Of a DNA stretch of 64,000 nt, positions 11,777 to 21,281 are shown one piece after another. Position 1 is the first letter of the stretch; the number at the start of each line of letters is the position of its first letter. The position numbers and the translations under genes are program-made. The stretch covers positions 1 through 64,000 of the forward strand of contig BTVV01000015.1 in assembly GCA_045863855.1 (NCBI GenBank), in the 5' to 3' direction. The notes below the pieces were generated by a model. That model was given only the letters and a program-made list of their open reading frames with translations. It was not told where the DNA came from and did not search any database. The stretch is from Planctomycetota bacterium (GTDB lineage Bacteria > Planctomycetota > SZUA-567 > H5-PLA8).

Positions 11777-13306
11777 TCAACTGCCGGCCGCCGCGGCCGA
11801 ACGCGGAGCCGTCCCGAAGCGGCGTTCGAGCGCGTAGCGGGCCTGCTGGCGGTCGTCGAAAGGCAGCTTCTCGGCGCCGACGATCTGGTAGTTCTCGTGC
11901 CCCTTGCCGGCGATCAGCACCACGTCGCCGGGCCGGGCTTCGCGGACGGCCAGATCGATGGCGCGCGCGCGGTCGGCCTCGATGGTGAACTTGCCTTGGG
12001 TGCGCAGCCCTTCGCAAATATCGCGCAGGATCGCGTGCGGGTTCTCGGTGCGCGGGTTATCGCTGGTGACGACGCCCAGGTCGGCCATCTCGTCGACGGC
12101 GCGGCCCATCTTGGGGCGCTTGGTCCGGTCGCGGTCGCCGCCGGCTCCGAAGACGACGATCAGGCGGCTGGGCTTCAGCGCGCGCAGCGCGGCCATCACG
12201 CGGCGCAGCGCGTCGTCGGTATGCGCATAATCGACCAAAACGCGGAACGGCGCCAGCCCGTCGCCGACGGCTTCCAGCCGGCCGGGGACCCCGCTGAACT
12301 TTTCCAGCGCCGAGAGCGCGCGGTCGAAGTTAAAGGTGCGGTCGTGGCTGCTGCCCAGAGCCAGCGCGCCGCCCAGTCCGGCCAGCGCGTTCTGGATGTT
12401 GTGTGCGCCCACCAGACCCCAGCGCACTTCGCGCTTGCCCCAGGGCGAATGGATCCGGAACGTCGTGCCGTGGATATCCGTCTGCGTAATTTCCGCGCGC
12501 AGTTCGGCTTCGCGGCGGTTCTCGAGCGAATAGCCGATGGTGCTCGCCCGCGTGCGCGCCGCATAGTAGCGCCCGGCTTCGTCGTCGTAGTTCAGGATCG
12601 CGTACGCATCGGCGTCGAGCATCTGGAACAGCAGCAGCTTCGCGTCGCGGTACTGCTCCATCGTGCGGTGGAAGTCGAGGTGATCCTGGGTCAGGTTCGT
12701 GAAGATGCCGCAGGAAAACTGAAGTCCTTCGACGCGGCGCTGGACCAAGCCGTGGCTGGAGGTTTCCATGATCGCGGCCTTGCAGCCGTTGCGGACCATC
12801 GCGCGCAGGTAGGCGCAGATGTCGGGCGCCTCGGGCGTGGTCAGCGGCGCTTCCAGCTTCGCGCCGGGTTCGCCGACGTCGTACTCGATCGTGCCCAGCA
12901 TACCGCAGGGCGTGCGGGTTTCGTTGAGGATGTGGCGGACCAGGTAAGCGGTCGTCGATTTGCCGTTGGTGCCGGTAATCGCGCCGAGCCGCAGTTTCTT
13001 GTCGGGCGTGCCGTGCAGGGCGCGGGCGAGTTGCGCCAACGCCGTGCGCGCGTGGGGCACGATCACCTGCGGCAGGCCGGTGAGCGGTTCTTCGCGCTCG
13101 GTCACGATCACCGCCGCGCCGCGTTCCCAGGCGTCCTGCGCGAACTTCGCGCCGTCGGCCTTCTGTCCGGGCAGCGCGACGAAAACGTGTCCGCGCTGCA
13201 CGCGGCGGCTGTCGATCGAGAGACCCGTGACGTCCACGCTCGGATCGAAGCGCTGAACCTGGCGCGGCGCGGGTTCGAGGTTCTTCAGCAAGGTGGCCAG
13301 ACGCAT
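11777..13306 (-). CDS. murE: UDP-MurNAc-tripeptide synthetase (meso-DAP type)
   Basis: ITGTNGKST, TTPE, TNLTQDHLDFH, DYAHT, DNPR (DAP signature), GKGHE. Start taken at MRLATLL. Confidence 0.95.
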   Translation of the reverse strand: MRLATLLKNLEPAPRQVQRFDPSVDVTGLSIDSRRVQRGHVFVALPGQKADGAKFAQDAWERGAAVIVTEREEPLTGLPQVIVPHARTALAQLARALHGTPDKKLRLGAITGTNGKSTTAYLVRHILNETRTPCGMLGTIEYDVGEPGAKLEAPLTTPEAPDICAYLRAMVRNGCKAAIMETSSHGLVQRRVEGLQFSCGIFTNLTQDHLDFHRTMEQYRDAKLLLFQMLDADAYAILNYDDEAGRYYAARTRASTIGYSLENRREAELRAEITQTDIHGTTFRIHSPWGKREVRWGLVGAHNIQNALAGLGGALALGSSHDRTFNFDRALSALEKFSGVPGRLEAVGDGLAPFRVLVDYAHTDDALRRVMAALRALKPSRLIVVFGAGGDRDRTKRPKMGRAVDEMADLGVVTSDNPRTENPHAILRDICEGLRTQGKFTIEADRARAIDLAVREARPGDVVLIAGKGHENYQIVGAEKLPFDDRQQARYALERRFGTAPRSAAAAGS

Positions 13307-13308
13307 GG

Positions 13309-15180
13309 TTATCCTCCGTTGCGGCGCGCGCGGAATTCGCGCTCCGCCAGTTCCTGTGCTTCCCCGCTGCGCGGCGGGACGTTCAGGGCTTTGAGACCCC
13401 GGCGCAGTATTTCGCGGACGGCCGGCGACGCGACCGTGCCGCCGTAGTACCCTAAGCGCTTGTCCGGTTCGTCCACCGTGACGAGGCAGACCAGCCGCGG
13501 CTGTTCGACCGGCGCGAAGCCGCAGAAGCTGCCGACGTATTTCTCGTGGCTGTACATTCCGCCGATCACCTTCTGCGCCGTGCCCGTCTTGCCGCCGACG
13601 GAGTACTCGGGGCACCACGCGCGGCGGCCGGTGCCTTCCAGCACCACGCGTTCGAGCATCTCGCGCATCGCGATGCTCGTTTCGGCCGAGATCACCTGCC
13701 GCACCGGCTCGGCGCGCAGCGTGTAGAGTTCCTCACCCTTCGCGTTGGCGATGCGCTGGATCACTTGCGGGCGCAGCAACGTGCCGCCGTTCACCATCGC
13801 CGCATAAGCCGTGGCGAGTTGCAGCGGCGTCACCGCGATCTCCTGGCCCATCGGCACGGAAAGCAGGCTGTCCTTGGTCCATTTGTGCTTGGGGCGCACG
13901 ATGCCGGAGACTTCGCCGGGCAAGTCGATGCGCGTCCGCGCGCCGAAGCCGAAGGTGTAGACCGCTTCGTAGACGCCATCGATGCCCAGCCGCAGGCCTT
14001 CCTTGGCTGCGCCGATGTTGCTTGAGTGGACGATCACTTCGTCGAAAGTGAGCGCGCCGTAGGCATGCGAATCGTGCAGCGTGCGGTAGCTGACGCGCCA
14101 GGCGCCGTTCTCGCAGTAGATCCGCTCATTGCGGCGGAACAGTTTCTTCTCCAGCGCTTCGGCCGCGATGAAGGTCTTGAAGGTGCTGCCGGGTTCGAAG
14201 ACATCGGTCAGCGCACGGTTGCGGCGGTGGGCGGGATCGGCGGAGGCCGGCGCGTTGGGGTCGTACGCCGGACGATTGGCCAGCGCCAGAATCGCTCCCG
14301 TGCGCACGTCCAGCACCAAGGCGACGGCGCCCTTCGGCTGGAATTCCTCCATGATCGCGTCCAGTTCGTCTTCGGCGACGTGCTGCAAGCCGGGGTGAAT
14401 CGTGAGCTGCACGTCCAGGCCCGGCTGCGGAGCATGGATTTCAGGCACGTACGAGACATCGCCGCCGCGCGAAAGCGCGCGCCGTGAGGCGTCGCGTTCG
14501 TAGGTCCGGTAACCGGGGATGCCGCGCAGCAGGCCCTCCAGCGCCAGCTCAATGCCTTCCTTCCCCCCGTCGGTGCCCGCCCAGCCCAGCACGTGCGAGC
14601 CCAGCGGTCCTAGCGGATACTCGCGCCGGAACGTGTCTTCGAAGCCTACGCCGCGGATCTTCAGCTCGGCGACTTTCTCGGCTTGTTCGGGTTCGACGTT
14701 GCGCGCCAAGTACACGACGCGGCGGTCGGCGAGGTCCATGCGCCGGCGCAGCAGATCGTGGTCTACGTTAAGGAGTTCTGCGAGTTTGCGGGCGGTTTCG
14801 TCCTTCTGTTCGGCCTTCAACACGTGCAGGTCGGCGAAAACGATCTTCCGCGCGCGGCTTTGGACCAGCATTTCGCCGTTGGCGCCGCGGATCGGACCGC
14901 GCGGGGCGGGGAGGCGTTCGCTGGCGGTGCGCTGGCGTTCGGCCAGACGCGCCCAGGACTCGTGCTCGACGATGTGGATCGTCCCCAGGCGCCAGGAAAG
15001 TGCTATAAATACAAGCAGGACAGGGACTACGGTCAACGCCAAGCGGGTGCGGACGGCGCGATCTACGCCGCCTTGCGGTCCCCACGCCGCCGAATGCGCG
15101 GCGGGGCAGGCCAAGCGGTGCGCGATGGTCGTATCGCCTCGAACGGGCTGCGGGGTGGGGGTGGGGTTTGGATCGTTCAT
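13309..15180 (-). CDS. ftsI: Class B penicillin-binding protein (FtsI-like)
   Basis: N-terminal TM, PRGPI, STFK, SSN, KTGTAQ all intact. dcw position. Confidence 0.88.
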   Translation of the reverse strand: MNDPNPTPTPQPVRGDTTIAHRLACPAAHSAAWGPQGGVDRAVRTRLALTVVPVLLVFIALSWRLGTIHIVEHESWARLAERQRTASERLPAPRGPIRGANGEMLVQSRARKIVFADLHVLKAEQKDETARKLAELLNVDHDLLRRRMDLADRRVVYLARNVEPEQAEKVAELKIRGVGFEDTFRREYPLGPLGSHVLGWAGTDGGKEGIELALEGLLRGIPGYRTYERDASRRALSRGGDVSYVPEIHAPQPGLDVQLTIHPGLQHVAEDELDAIMEEFQPKGAVALVLDVRTGAILALANRPAYDPNAPASADPAHRRNRALTDVFEPGSTFKTFIAAEALEKKLFRRNERIYCENGAWRVSYRTLHDSHAYGALTFDEVIVHSSNIGAAKEGLRLGIDGVYEAVYTFGFGARTRIDLPGEVSGIVRPKHKWTKDSLLSVPMGQEIAVTPLQLATAYAAMVNGGTLLRPQVIQRIANAKGEELYTLRAEPVRQVISAETSIAMREMLERVVLEGTGRRAWCPEYSVGGKTGTAQKVIGGMYSHEKYVGSFCGFAPVEQPRLVCLVTVDEPDKRLGYYGGTVASPAVREILRRGLKALNVPPRSGEAQELAEREFRARRNGG

Positions 15181-15216
15181 GCGTTCCCGAGGCTGGTCTG
15201 GCCTCCGAAGCCTGCG

Positions 15217-15501
15217 TTACGGATGCGTCGCGCGAACTTCGCGCGGCGTATAGAGTTCCAGTTCCGAAACCGGGCGGACCGGGAGGCGCAATTCGGCCGC
15301 TCGGTCGATGACACGCTGGGGCGTTTGGAGCGCGAGCAAGCGGGCGCGTTCTGCCGCGATTTCTTTGCGCACTTCGCGCAATTGAGCTTCGTATTCGGCA
15401 AGTACATAGCCGCGCTCGATTTGCTCTTGGCTGTCGCGGACCGAGACCAAGCCGGCCGCGGCGAGGGCGCCCAAGAAGAGCAGATGCCGTCCGCTAAACA
15501 T
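15217..15501 (-). CDS. ftsL: FtsL-like cell division protein
   Basis: Short TM plus coiled coil ending LQTPQRVIDRAAEL. Lies between rsmH and ftsI. Confidence 0.65.
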   Translation of the reverse strand: MFSGRHLLFLGALAAAGLVSVRDSQEQIERGYVLAEYEAQLREVRKEIAAERARLLALQTPQRVIDRAAELRLPVRPVSELELYTPREVRATHP

Positions 15502-15513
15502 GGCGTTCGATTC

Positions 15514-16509
15514 CTAGAGCGCCGGTGCATCCTCTAACCTGCGCAGCGCTCTAAACTTAGCGCTTCGGCTGCGGGGGTTGGCGCGTTCCTCTTCTGCCGA
15601 GGGGCGCAGCACCGACTTATGCACCTTCTGGAATCGTCCGGTTTGGGCCTGCAACTTGAAGGCTTGTTTGACCTTCCGGTCTTCGCCGGAATGAAAACTG
15701 ATCACGCCCAGCGTCCCGCCGGGCGCGAGGCGCTCGGGCGCGGCGACCAGGAAAGCTTCCAGCGCGTCCAATTCGCCGTTTACGGCCATGCGTAGTGCTT
15801 GGAAAGTCCGTGTGGCAGGGTGGATACGTTGATGCCCGCGGACCTTAAGGGCGCGGCGGACAAGCTCTTCAAGCTGCCCCGTGGTCTGCACCGGATTGCC
15901 GCGGCGGCGGGCTTCGACGATCCAGCGCGCAATGGCTCGGGAGCGGCGTTCTTCGCCCAAATGGAAGAGCACGTCTGCGATCTCGGTCTCGGAGAGGGTG
16001 CGCAGAAGGTCCGCCGCTGTATGTGGAAGTCTAGGATCCATACGGAGATCCAGCGGCGCATCGAAGCGGAAACTAAAGCCCCGGCCGGGGCGGTCGAGCT
16101 GCATCGACGAGACGCCCAGATCGGCCAAGATGCCGCGGGGTTCGCGTCCGGCCAGGTGCGCGTCGAGAACGCTGCCCAGTTCACGAAAGTTGGATTGGAC
16201 CAGCAACAGTTTCACATCTTTAGCTGCGGCAATGGGTTCCAGGCGCGGTCGGGCCAGTTCGAGGGCCTCGGGATCCACGTCGAGCCCTAGGAGCGTGCCG
16301 CCCGGGGCCAGCGCGTCGAGCATGGCGGCGGAGTGTCCGCCGGCGCCGAGGGTGGCGTCCACGGCCAGATCACCCGGCCGAAGTCTAAGCGCATCAAGGG
16401 TTTCGAGCGGTAATACGGAGACGTGCGGAAGGCCCGGAGACGGGTCGGCTTCTGGCGTTGAGGATGCGTTGGACTCGGGCGGCTGCGGGGCGTCGGGGGG
16501 TGCGCCCAT
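15514..16509 (-). CDS. rsmH: 16S rRNA m4C1402 methyltransferase
   Basis: DATLGAGGHS, DLGVSSMQLD, GFSF, LDLRMD, TRTFQALR, NPRSRSAK. Confidence 0.96.
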   Translation of the reverse strand: MGAPPDAPQPPESNASSTPEADPSPGLPHVSVLPLETLDALRLRPGDLAVDATLGAGGHSAAMLDALAPGGTLLGLDVDPEALELARPRLEPIAAAKDVKLLLVQSNFRELGSVLDAHLAGREPRGILADLGVSSMQLDRPGRGFSFRFDAPLDLRMDPRLPHTAADLLRTLSETEIADVLFHLGEERRSRAIARWIVEARRRGNPVQTTGQLEELVRRALKVRGHQRIHPATRTFQALRMAVNGELDALEAFLVAAPERLAPGGTLGVISFHSGEDRKVKQAFKLQAQTGRFQKVHKSVLRPSAEEERANPRSRSAKFRALRRLEDAPAL

Positions 16510-16569
16510 GAGCGAATCGCCGCGCGGAGGCCCGCGCGGCTCCTTCCTATATCCCTATTCCGACCAGAC

Positions 16570-16824
16570 TTACAGGCCTGCGGCGGCGGCGTGGCGAGCC
16601 GGAAGCGCGCGGACGTTCGCGCGCGCATCGAGGCCCGAAACGCGCAGCAGGCTCTGCATGAACGGTGAAAGTTCAACGCCGCCAAAGGCTTGGCTAAGGC
16701 TGCGGACTTCGTCGCAGCGCCGCACCAAAGCTTCCACGTCGTCGTGTAACTCCTGTGGCGCCGGAGCGTTAGCTCCTTTGCTCCGCAGGTGTTCGCTGAC
16801 CCGATCGATGCTCGACTTGCCCAT
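16570..16824 (-). CDS. Small hypothetical protein with STAS-like C-terminal motif
   Basis: GGAGG upstream of ATG. LSPFMQSLLRVSGLD resembles the STAS C-terminal helix. Confidence 0.55.
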   Translation of the reverse strand: MGKSSIDRVSEHLRSKGANAPAPQELHDDVEALVRRCDEVRSLSQAFGGVELSPFMQSLLRVSGLDARANVRALPARHAAAAGL

Positions 16825-16873
16825 CTTCCCCTCCTCCGCGCGGTGGTAACGGGGGGCCGCCCCCCGCGCTCTA

Positions 16874-17395
16874 TTAGAGATTCAAAAGCCCTGTAACTTT
16901 CATGGCCGTTTCAGCAATACGCGCGCTCTTTTTCTGATCGTAGTCGCGCCGCGCTTCGGCCGGCCAGAGTTCGATGCGGTTAAACGCGCCGCAGAACGCC
17001 ACCTCTTCGCGCATGCCGAGTTGGTCGACCCAGGCGGCGGGCAGGACGAAGCGTCCCTGCTTGTCCGGCTCGATTGGCTCGGCCCCGCCGGAGAGGTGGG
17101 CGACCAGTTCGGCCTTCGTTGCCTCGTCCAAATCCTGACGTTGCCGGATGTTGTCGATGATCGTGTCCAACTGCGTCTGCGTGTAGAGGCGCAGGAAGCC
17201 TTCGTCGTTCCAGCGCATCAAGAGGAGCTGGCCTTCGTTGCTCTCTTCGAGCGTCTTCATCAAGTTGCGCGGGATTGCGACCTGGTTGCGCCCGGAGACC
17301 TTATGGAAGGCCGTGCCGAAGAACGTGGCGCGCCGCGGAGCGGTGGGTCGTTCGTTCGGAGTAGTCGGCCCTAGTGTGGTCACGGTCGCTCGCAT
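16874..17395 (-). CDS. mraZ: MraZ transcriptional regulator
   Basis: FFG...NQVAIP, DKQGRFVLP, G..NRIELW. First gene of the dcw block. Confidence 0.9.
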   Translation of the reverse strand: MRATVTTLGPTTPNERPTAPRRATFFGTAFHKVSGRNQVAIPRNLMKTLEESNEGQLLLMRWNDEGFLRLYTQTQLDTIIDNIRQRQDLDEATKAELVAHLSGGAEPIEPDKQGRFVLPAAWVDQLGMREEVAFCGAFNRIELWPAEARRDYDQKKSARIAETAMKVTGLLNL

Positions 17396-17437
17396 TCGCT
17401 CTATTTCGTGCTAAATCTCACTACTTGGGACGCCGGA

Positions 17438-17466
17438 AAGATACTCGGCACTACCGAGCGCGTCAA
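17438..17466 (-). promoter_or_regulatory. Sigma70-type promoter of mraZ/dcw
   Basis: TTGACG (17466-17461), 17 nt spacer, TATCTT (17443-17438). Confidence 0.6.
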
Positions 17467-17810
17467 GGGGGGTATCTCGTTGGAATGTAAGGATTTCGAA
17501 GAGGGGTGCAGATGTGGGGCTTATTTTTCCCTACTTACGCAAGGGGTAGTGGGTCGGCGGCGCAGGAATTCGAAGATAGTTGGCTGGAGCTTTACCACCA
17601 TCGACCGGTTGCACTGGTGCTCTTGAGGAAATTCTGCGCCGCGGGCGGTTCGGTGGCACTAACGGATAGGCTTCGGCGGCCGCGGAAAAGCCTGCAAGAA
17701 GGAGCAGGCGGGCGAGGGCTGGCGCCGGAACATCCCGTACGCACGATTTATTCGTTCGAATGCGGGCAGATGAGGCTTGCCTTGAGGACTTCGGAGCATA
17801 CGCTGTGCGT

Positions 17811-18230
17811 ATGTCGCATACGGCGCGCCGGAGCGGCATCGAGCCGGACACCGTGGGGGTTTCGCGCATGCTTTCCTTCGAACTTCCCAGACCGTCGGGG
17901 GCCGAGTGGGATCAACGCGTGTTGAGCGTGCAGCTCACGCCGGCGGGGGCGCCGTTCGAACTGGAAGTGGTGTTGCAGGGTTCGCTTGCCGCGATGCTGG
18001 GCGAGAAGCTCGATAAGCGCGCGGTGCTGCATGTCACGCATTTGACGCCGACCGGCCGGCGGGGCCGCTTGCGCGCTCAGGTGAGTTTCGAGCGGCTCGA
18101 ACTGACCGACGAGCCGGATCGAGCGGAGTCGTTGACGCTGATCGTGGATATGGATGCTCGGAATCTGGACGAGATCCTGCGCTGGCAGGAGAGCGCTCGG
18201 ATGACGATTACGCGCAGTTTGCGCGCGTAA
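17811..18230 (+). CDS. Hypothetical protein
   Basis: Protein-like ORF divergent from mraZ. TACGCT 6 nt before ATG17811. Confidence 0.6.
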   Translation: MSHTARRSGIEPDTVGVSRMLSFELPRPSGAEWDQRVLSVQLTPAGAPFELEVVLQGSLAAMLGEKLDKRAVLHVTHLTPTGRRGRLRAQVSFERLELTDEPDRAESLTLIVDMDARNLDEILRWQESARMTITRSLRA

Positions 18231-18472
18231 TTTTCCGGCAAGGTTCGTAACTTTCCCCGTTCTGTTTTCGCACTCGTGCGCCTCTTTTTCGAACGAGCTT
18301 TAAGGACTTATGAGCGCGAAAGCGCGGTCTATACCACCTCGCGCACGTCGAGCAAAAATTCGATTCTGCTATAAAACTGCCATAAATCGCTGCTGCAAAG
18401 CGTATATTTGCACGCAGGTGCTTAGTGTCCGGGCGGCTATGCGCGAGGGGCTGAACGGGTGCGGGTGGGTTA

Positions 18473-18500
18473 AAAATTGGAAATTCAAAATTCAAAATTT
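18473..18500. repeat. Heptamer tandem repeat x4
   Basis: AAAATTG GAAATTC AAAATTC AAAATTT. Confidence 0.7.
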
Positions 18501-18596
18501 CGGGCGATTGGCAACATTCCGAAAATAAAGAGGCCGGCGCGTGGCGGCGGAATCGGCGTGGCTTTCCGTGGCCTTTGGCGTTCGATGGGCAGGGCG

Positions 18597-18624
18597 GTAA
18601 AGAGCAAAGAGTAAAAAGTAAACG
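18597..18624. repeat. Heptamer tandem repeat x4
   Basis: GTAAAGA GCAAAGA GTAAAAA GTAAACG. Confidence 0.65.
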
Positions 18625-18769
18625 TTATGCGTGACGCGCGATAGGCGGGGCGCCGGACGGGTTGGGGTACGGGAGACGGTTGACAGGCTCGGTAAAAGGA
18701 ATAACAACTTGGCGGAGTGGGATTGCAGGGGCGGTAGTGGGCGTGGTTGGCCGGGTAGCCGGCAGGAAT

Positions 18770-18843
18770 CTGTTTAATGGATGCTGTGGCGGTGGGCGAT
18801 AGGTCTGAGGTTTGAGCGCGTGCGGATGGTTGGGCGCGGAGCA
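18770..18843 (+). repeat. Array repeat A, copy 1 (3'-truncated)
   Basis: ctgtttaatggatgctgtggcggtgggcgatagg...tttgagcgcgtgcggatggttgggcgcggagca. Confidence 0.85.
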
Positions 18844-18932
18844 AGCACGCGGAAATTTCCCCATGGTACCTTTGTTTCTCGGCTACTTGGCCAGCAAAGG
18901 GGAATACACTCGCCGTTGTGGAGATCGTTGTA

Positions 18933-20138
18933 ATGAGAGTACCGGTTAAACCTGAACTCCTTCGCTGGGCCTGCGCGCGCGCGGGCAAGCCGGAGTCGGC
19001 GTTAGCCGAAAAATTTGCTGGCTACGAGGGCTGGTTGGCCGGCAGGAAGCACCCCACGCTTAAGCAACTCGAAGAGTTCGCACGAGCAACCCGCACGCCC
19101 TTCGGTTTCTTTTTCCTACAGGAACCACCGGTCGAGACGATCCCGATACCCGACTTCCGCACCGTCGGGAGCGAGCGCCTCCAGCACCCTTCGCCCGACT
19201 TGCTGGACACCATCTTTCTCTGCCAGCAGCGCCAAGATTGGTATCGCCAAAACGCTTTGATGCTGGGCGATCCGGCGCTGGACTTCATCGGCTCCGCCAC
19301 CGTGCGGAGCGATGTCGTCGCTACCGCCGCGCGCATCCGCCGGACCGTCGGGTTCGACCTCGACGCCCGAGTCAAAGCGTCCACCTTCCTCGACGCACTC
19401 CGCATGACGATCGACGCGGCCGACGAAGCGGGCATACTCGTCATGGTCAGCGGCATCGTGGGGCACAACTCTCATCGACCGCTCGACACCGCCGAGTTCC
19501 GTGGCTTCGCCCTCTGCGACGCCTCTCCCCATTTCGCCCCGCTCGTATTTATCAACGGCGCCGACACCAAGTCCGGCCAGATGTTCACGCTCGCCCACGA
19601 ACTGGCTCACCTGTGGCTCGGCGAGTCTGGCGTCTCGGATGTCACCCCCGCCTCGTCCCTTCCGCAGCGGACTGAGGGCGGAGCCGGCATCGAGCGCTGG
19701 TGCAACGCCGTCGCGGCGGAGATGCTCGTTCCCCTCGAGGGCTTCCAACAGGCCTACCGCCGCCGTGCCGATTTGCGGCCGGAGATGCAGCGCCTCAGCC
19801 GGCAATACAAGGTCAGCACGCTGGTCATCCTCCGCAGAATGTTCGACGCCGGCGGCCTAACCCGCGATGTTTTTCAGGTAGCGTTTGACGCCGAACTCCA
19901 GCGCCTCAAATCCGAACTCGCCCGGCGCAAGGCCAAGGGCGGCGGTGGAGACTACTACGCGACGACCTCCGTCCGCGTTAGCGAGCGCTTTGCCAAGGCC
20001 GTGCTCGCCAGCACCTGGGAGGGTCGCTCCAGCTTCACCGAGGCGTTCCGCCTGCTCGGCTGCCGCAACGTCAAGACCCTCGAATCCCTCGGCGATCGCC
20101 TCGGCATGGCCGCCTACCTTAGTGGTGGGGCCGTCTAA
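18933..20138 (+). CDS. HTH plus ImmA/IrrE family Zn metallopeptidase
   Basis: N-terminal HTH (PTLKQLEEFA..P.GFFFL), FRGFAL, FTLAHELAH (HExxH), E.WCN.VAAE. GGAG before ATG18933. Confidence 0.9.
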   Translation: MRVPVKPELLRWACARAGKPESALAEKFAGYEGWLAGRKHPTLKQLEEFARATRTPFGFFFLQEPPVETIPIPDFRTVGSERLQHPSPDLLDTIFLCQQRQDWYRQNALMLGDPALDFIGSATVRSDVVATAARIRRTVGFDLDARVKASTFLDALRMTIDAADEAGILVMVSGIVGHNSHRPLDTAEFRGFALCDASPHFAPLVFINGADTKSGQMFTLAHELAHLWLGESGVSDVTPASSLPQRTEGGAGIERWCNAVAAEMLVPLEGFQQAYRRRADLRPEMQRLSRQYKVSTLVILRRMFDAGGLTRDVFQVAFDAELQRLKSELARRKAKGGGGDYYATTSVRVSERFAKAVLASTWEGRSSFTEAFRLLGCRNVKTLESLGDRLGMAAYLSGGAV

Positions 20139-20641
20139 TGGCCTACCTCCTCGACACCGGAGTATTCATTGAGGCCAAGCGCCGATTCTACGGTCTGGAT
20201 TTTGTTCCCGGCTACTGGGACTGGCTCATGCGTGAGGCTAAGTCGGGCACGATCCGCTCCATCGAAAAGGTCGCCGACGAAATCGGCGCACAGCAGGACG
20301 AACTGAGCGCTTGGGCCGCGGCGTTACCGAGTGGATTCTTCCTGCGCCCCGACGCCACCTTCAGTACTGCGTTCCAGCAGGTGAGCCAGTGGGCGCTCAC
20401 CTCAGGTTTCCAACCCGCAGCGTACAACGAGTTCCTTGGAGTAGCCGATTCGTTCCTGGTCGCACAGGCTCTAGCTGGCCATCACACCGTAGTGACCCTG
20501 GAGAAGCCCGCCACGACGCCCAGCAAACGGAAGATCAAAGTCCCTGACGCGTGCGCCGGCGTCAGCGTCAAATGCATGACGCCTTACGAGGTGATGCGAC
20601 TGCGGGGCGTACGGTTGGTGCTTGCGGGAGTCGCGACCTAG
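20138..20641 (+). CDS. DUF4411 PIN-like protein
   Basis: YLLDT.VFIEA..FY, ADSFLVAQA, VVTLE, KIKVPDAC. TAATG overlap with the upstream gene. Confidence 0.85.
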   Translation: MAYLLDTGVFIEAKRRFYGLDFVPGYWDWLMREAKSGTIRSIEKVADEIGAQQDELSAWAAALPSGFFLRPDATFSTAFQQVSQWALTSGFQPAAYNEFLGVADSFLVAQALAGHHTVVTLEKPATTPSKRKIKVPDACAGVSVKCMTPYEVMRLRGVRLVLAGVAT

Positions 20642-20823
20642 CGAGAGGACAGTAGAGAAGTGTTGCGAGTAATCTGGAGCAATCGGCGGGTGGCCACCCG
20701 GCAATTGATTTTTGGGCGCTATGGAGCAAAGGCTGTTTTCTTACTCCATGCCGAACCGCCTGCTAAGCGTAGGGATGCTGGCCCTGGAAGCGACGGTGGC
20801 CGTTTTCGGAACCGGCTGAGACC

Positions 20824-21279
20824 GTGATGACTAAACCGGATTACGACGATCCTGAAGTTGAGGCGCGCTGGTGCGATGCGCAGCGGAAGGCGGTCGCCGA
20901 TTACCTGCGTTCTCAGAAACTCAAGCACGGTCGAATCGGGGATGGGCCGGCATGGCACGTAGCTCCGCATGTGTCGATCTGGGCCGTGGAGAGCCTGAGC
21001 CGGCCCGAATGGATCGGCTGGTGGGCCATCTGTGGCGATCTGCCGACGGATTACCTTTCTGCAGCCGACGTGGAACCGCCGCAGCATCCCAGGAAAGCCT
21101 TGCGCATTTTCGCCGAGAACTGGCTTGGCATTGTGCAGGCCTGGAGGGAAGGGCGAGAAATCGAGCATACTCGCATCGGCGATCTGAGTTCCCGGAACGA
21201 ATTAGGACCGTTGCTTGAATCGCGGGCCCGGATGTTAATGACGTGGGCTCAAGACGATGCGCTGTGGGAAGAAGCGTGA
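20824..21279 (+). CDS. DUF4826-like protein
   Basis: WWAICGDLPTDY...PRKALR.F...W pattern. Confidence 0.7.
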   Translation: MMTKPDYDDPEVEARWCDAQRKAVADYLRSQKLKHGRIGDGPAWHVAPHVSIWAVESLSRPEWIGWWAICGDLPTDYLSAADVEPPQHPRKALRIFAENWLGIVQAWREGREIEHTRIGDLSSRNELGPLLESRARMLMTWAQDDALWEEA

Positions 21280-21281
21280 CG

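Noticed and set aside
13307..13618. N-terminal extension of murE, and likewise of rimO, the serine hydrolase, the cyclase and the PpiD-like ORF
   Set aside because: Extensions overlap neighbouring genes or repeats. Family similarity begins at the downstream start.
15177..15530. 117-aa alternative ORF at the ftsL position
   Set aside because: The 15217-15501 frame has the TM plus coiled-coil pattern. This frame has none.
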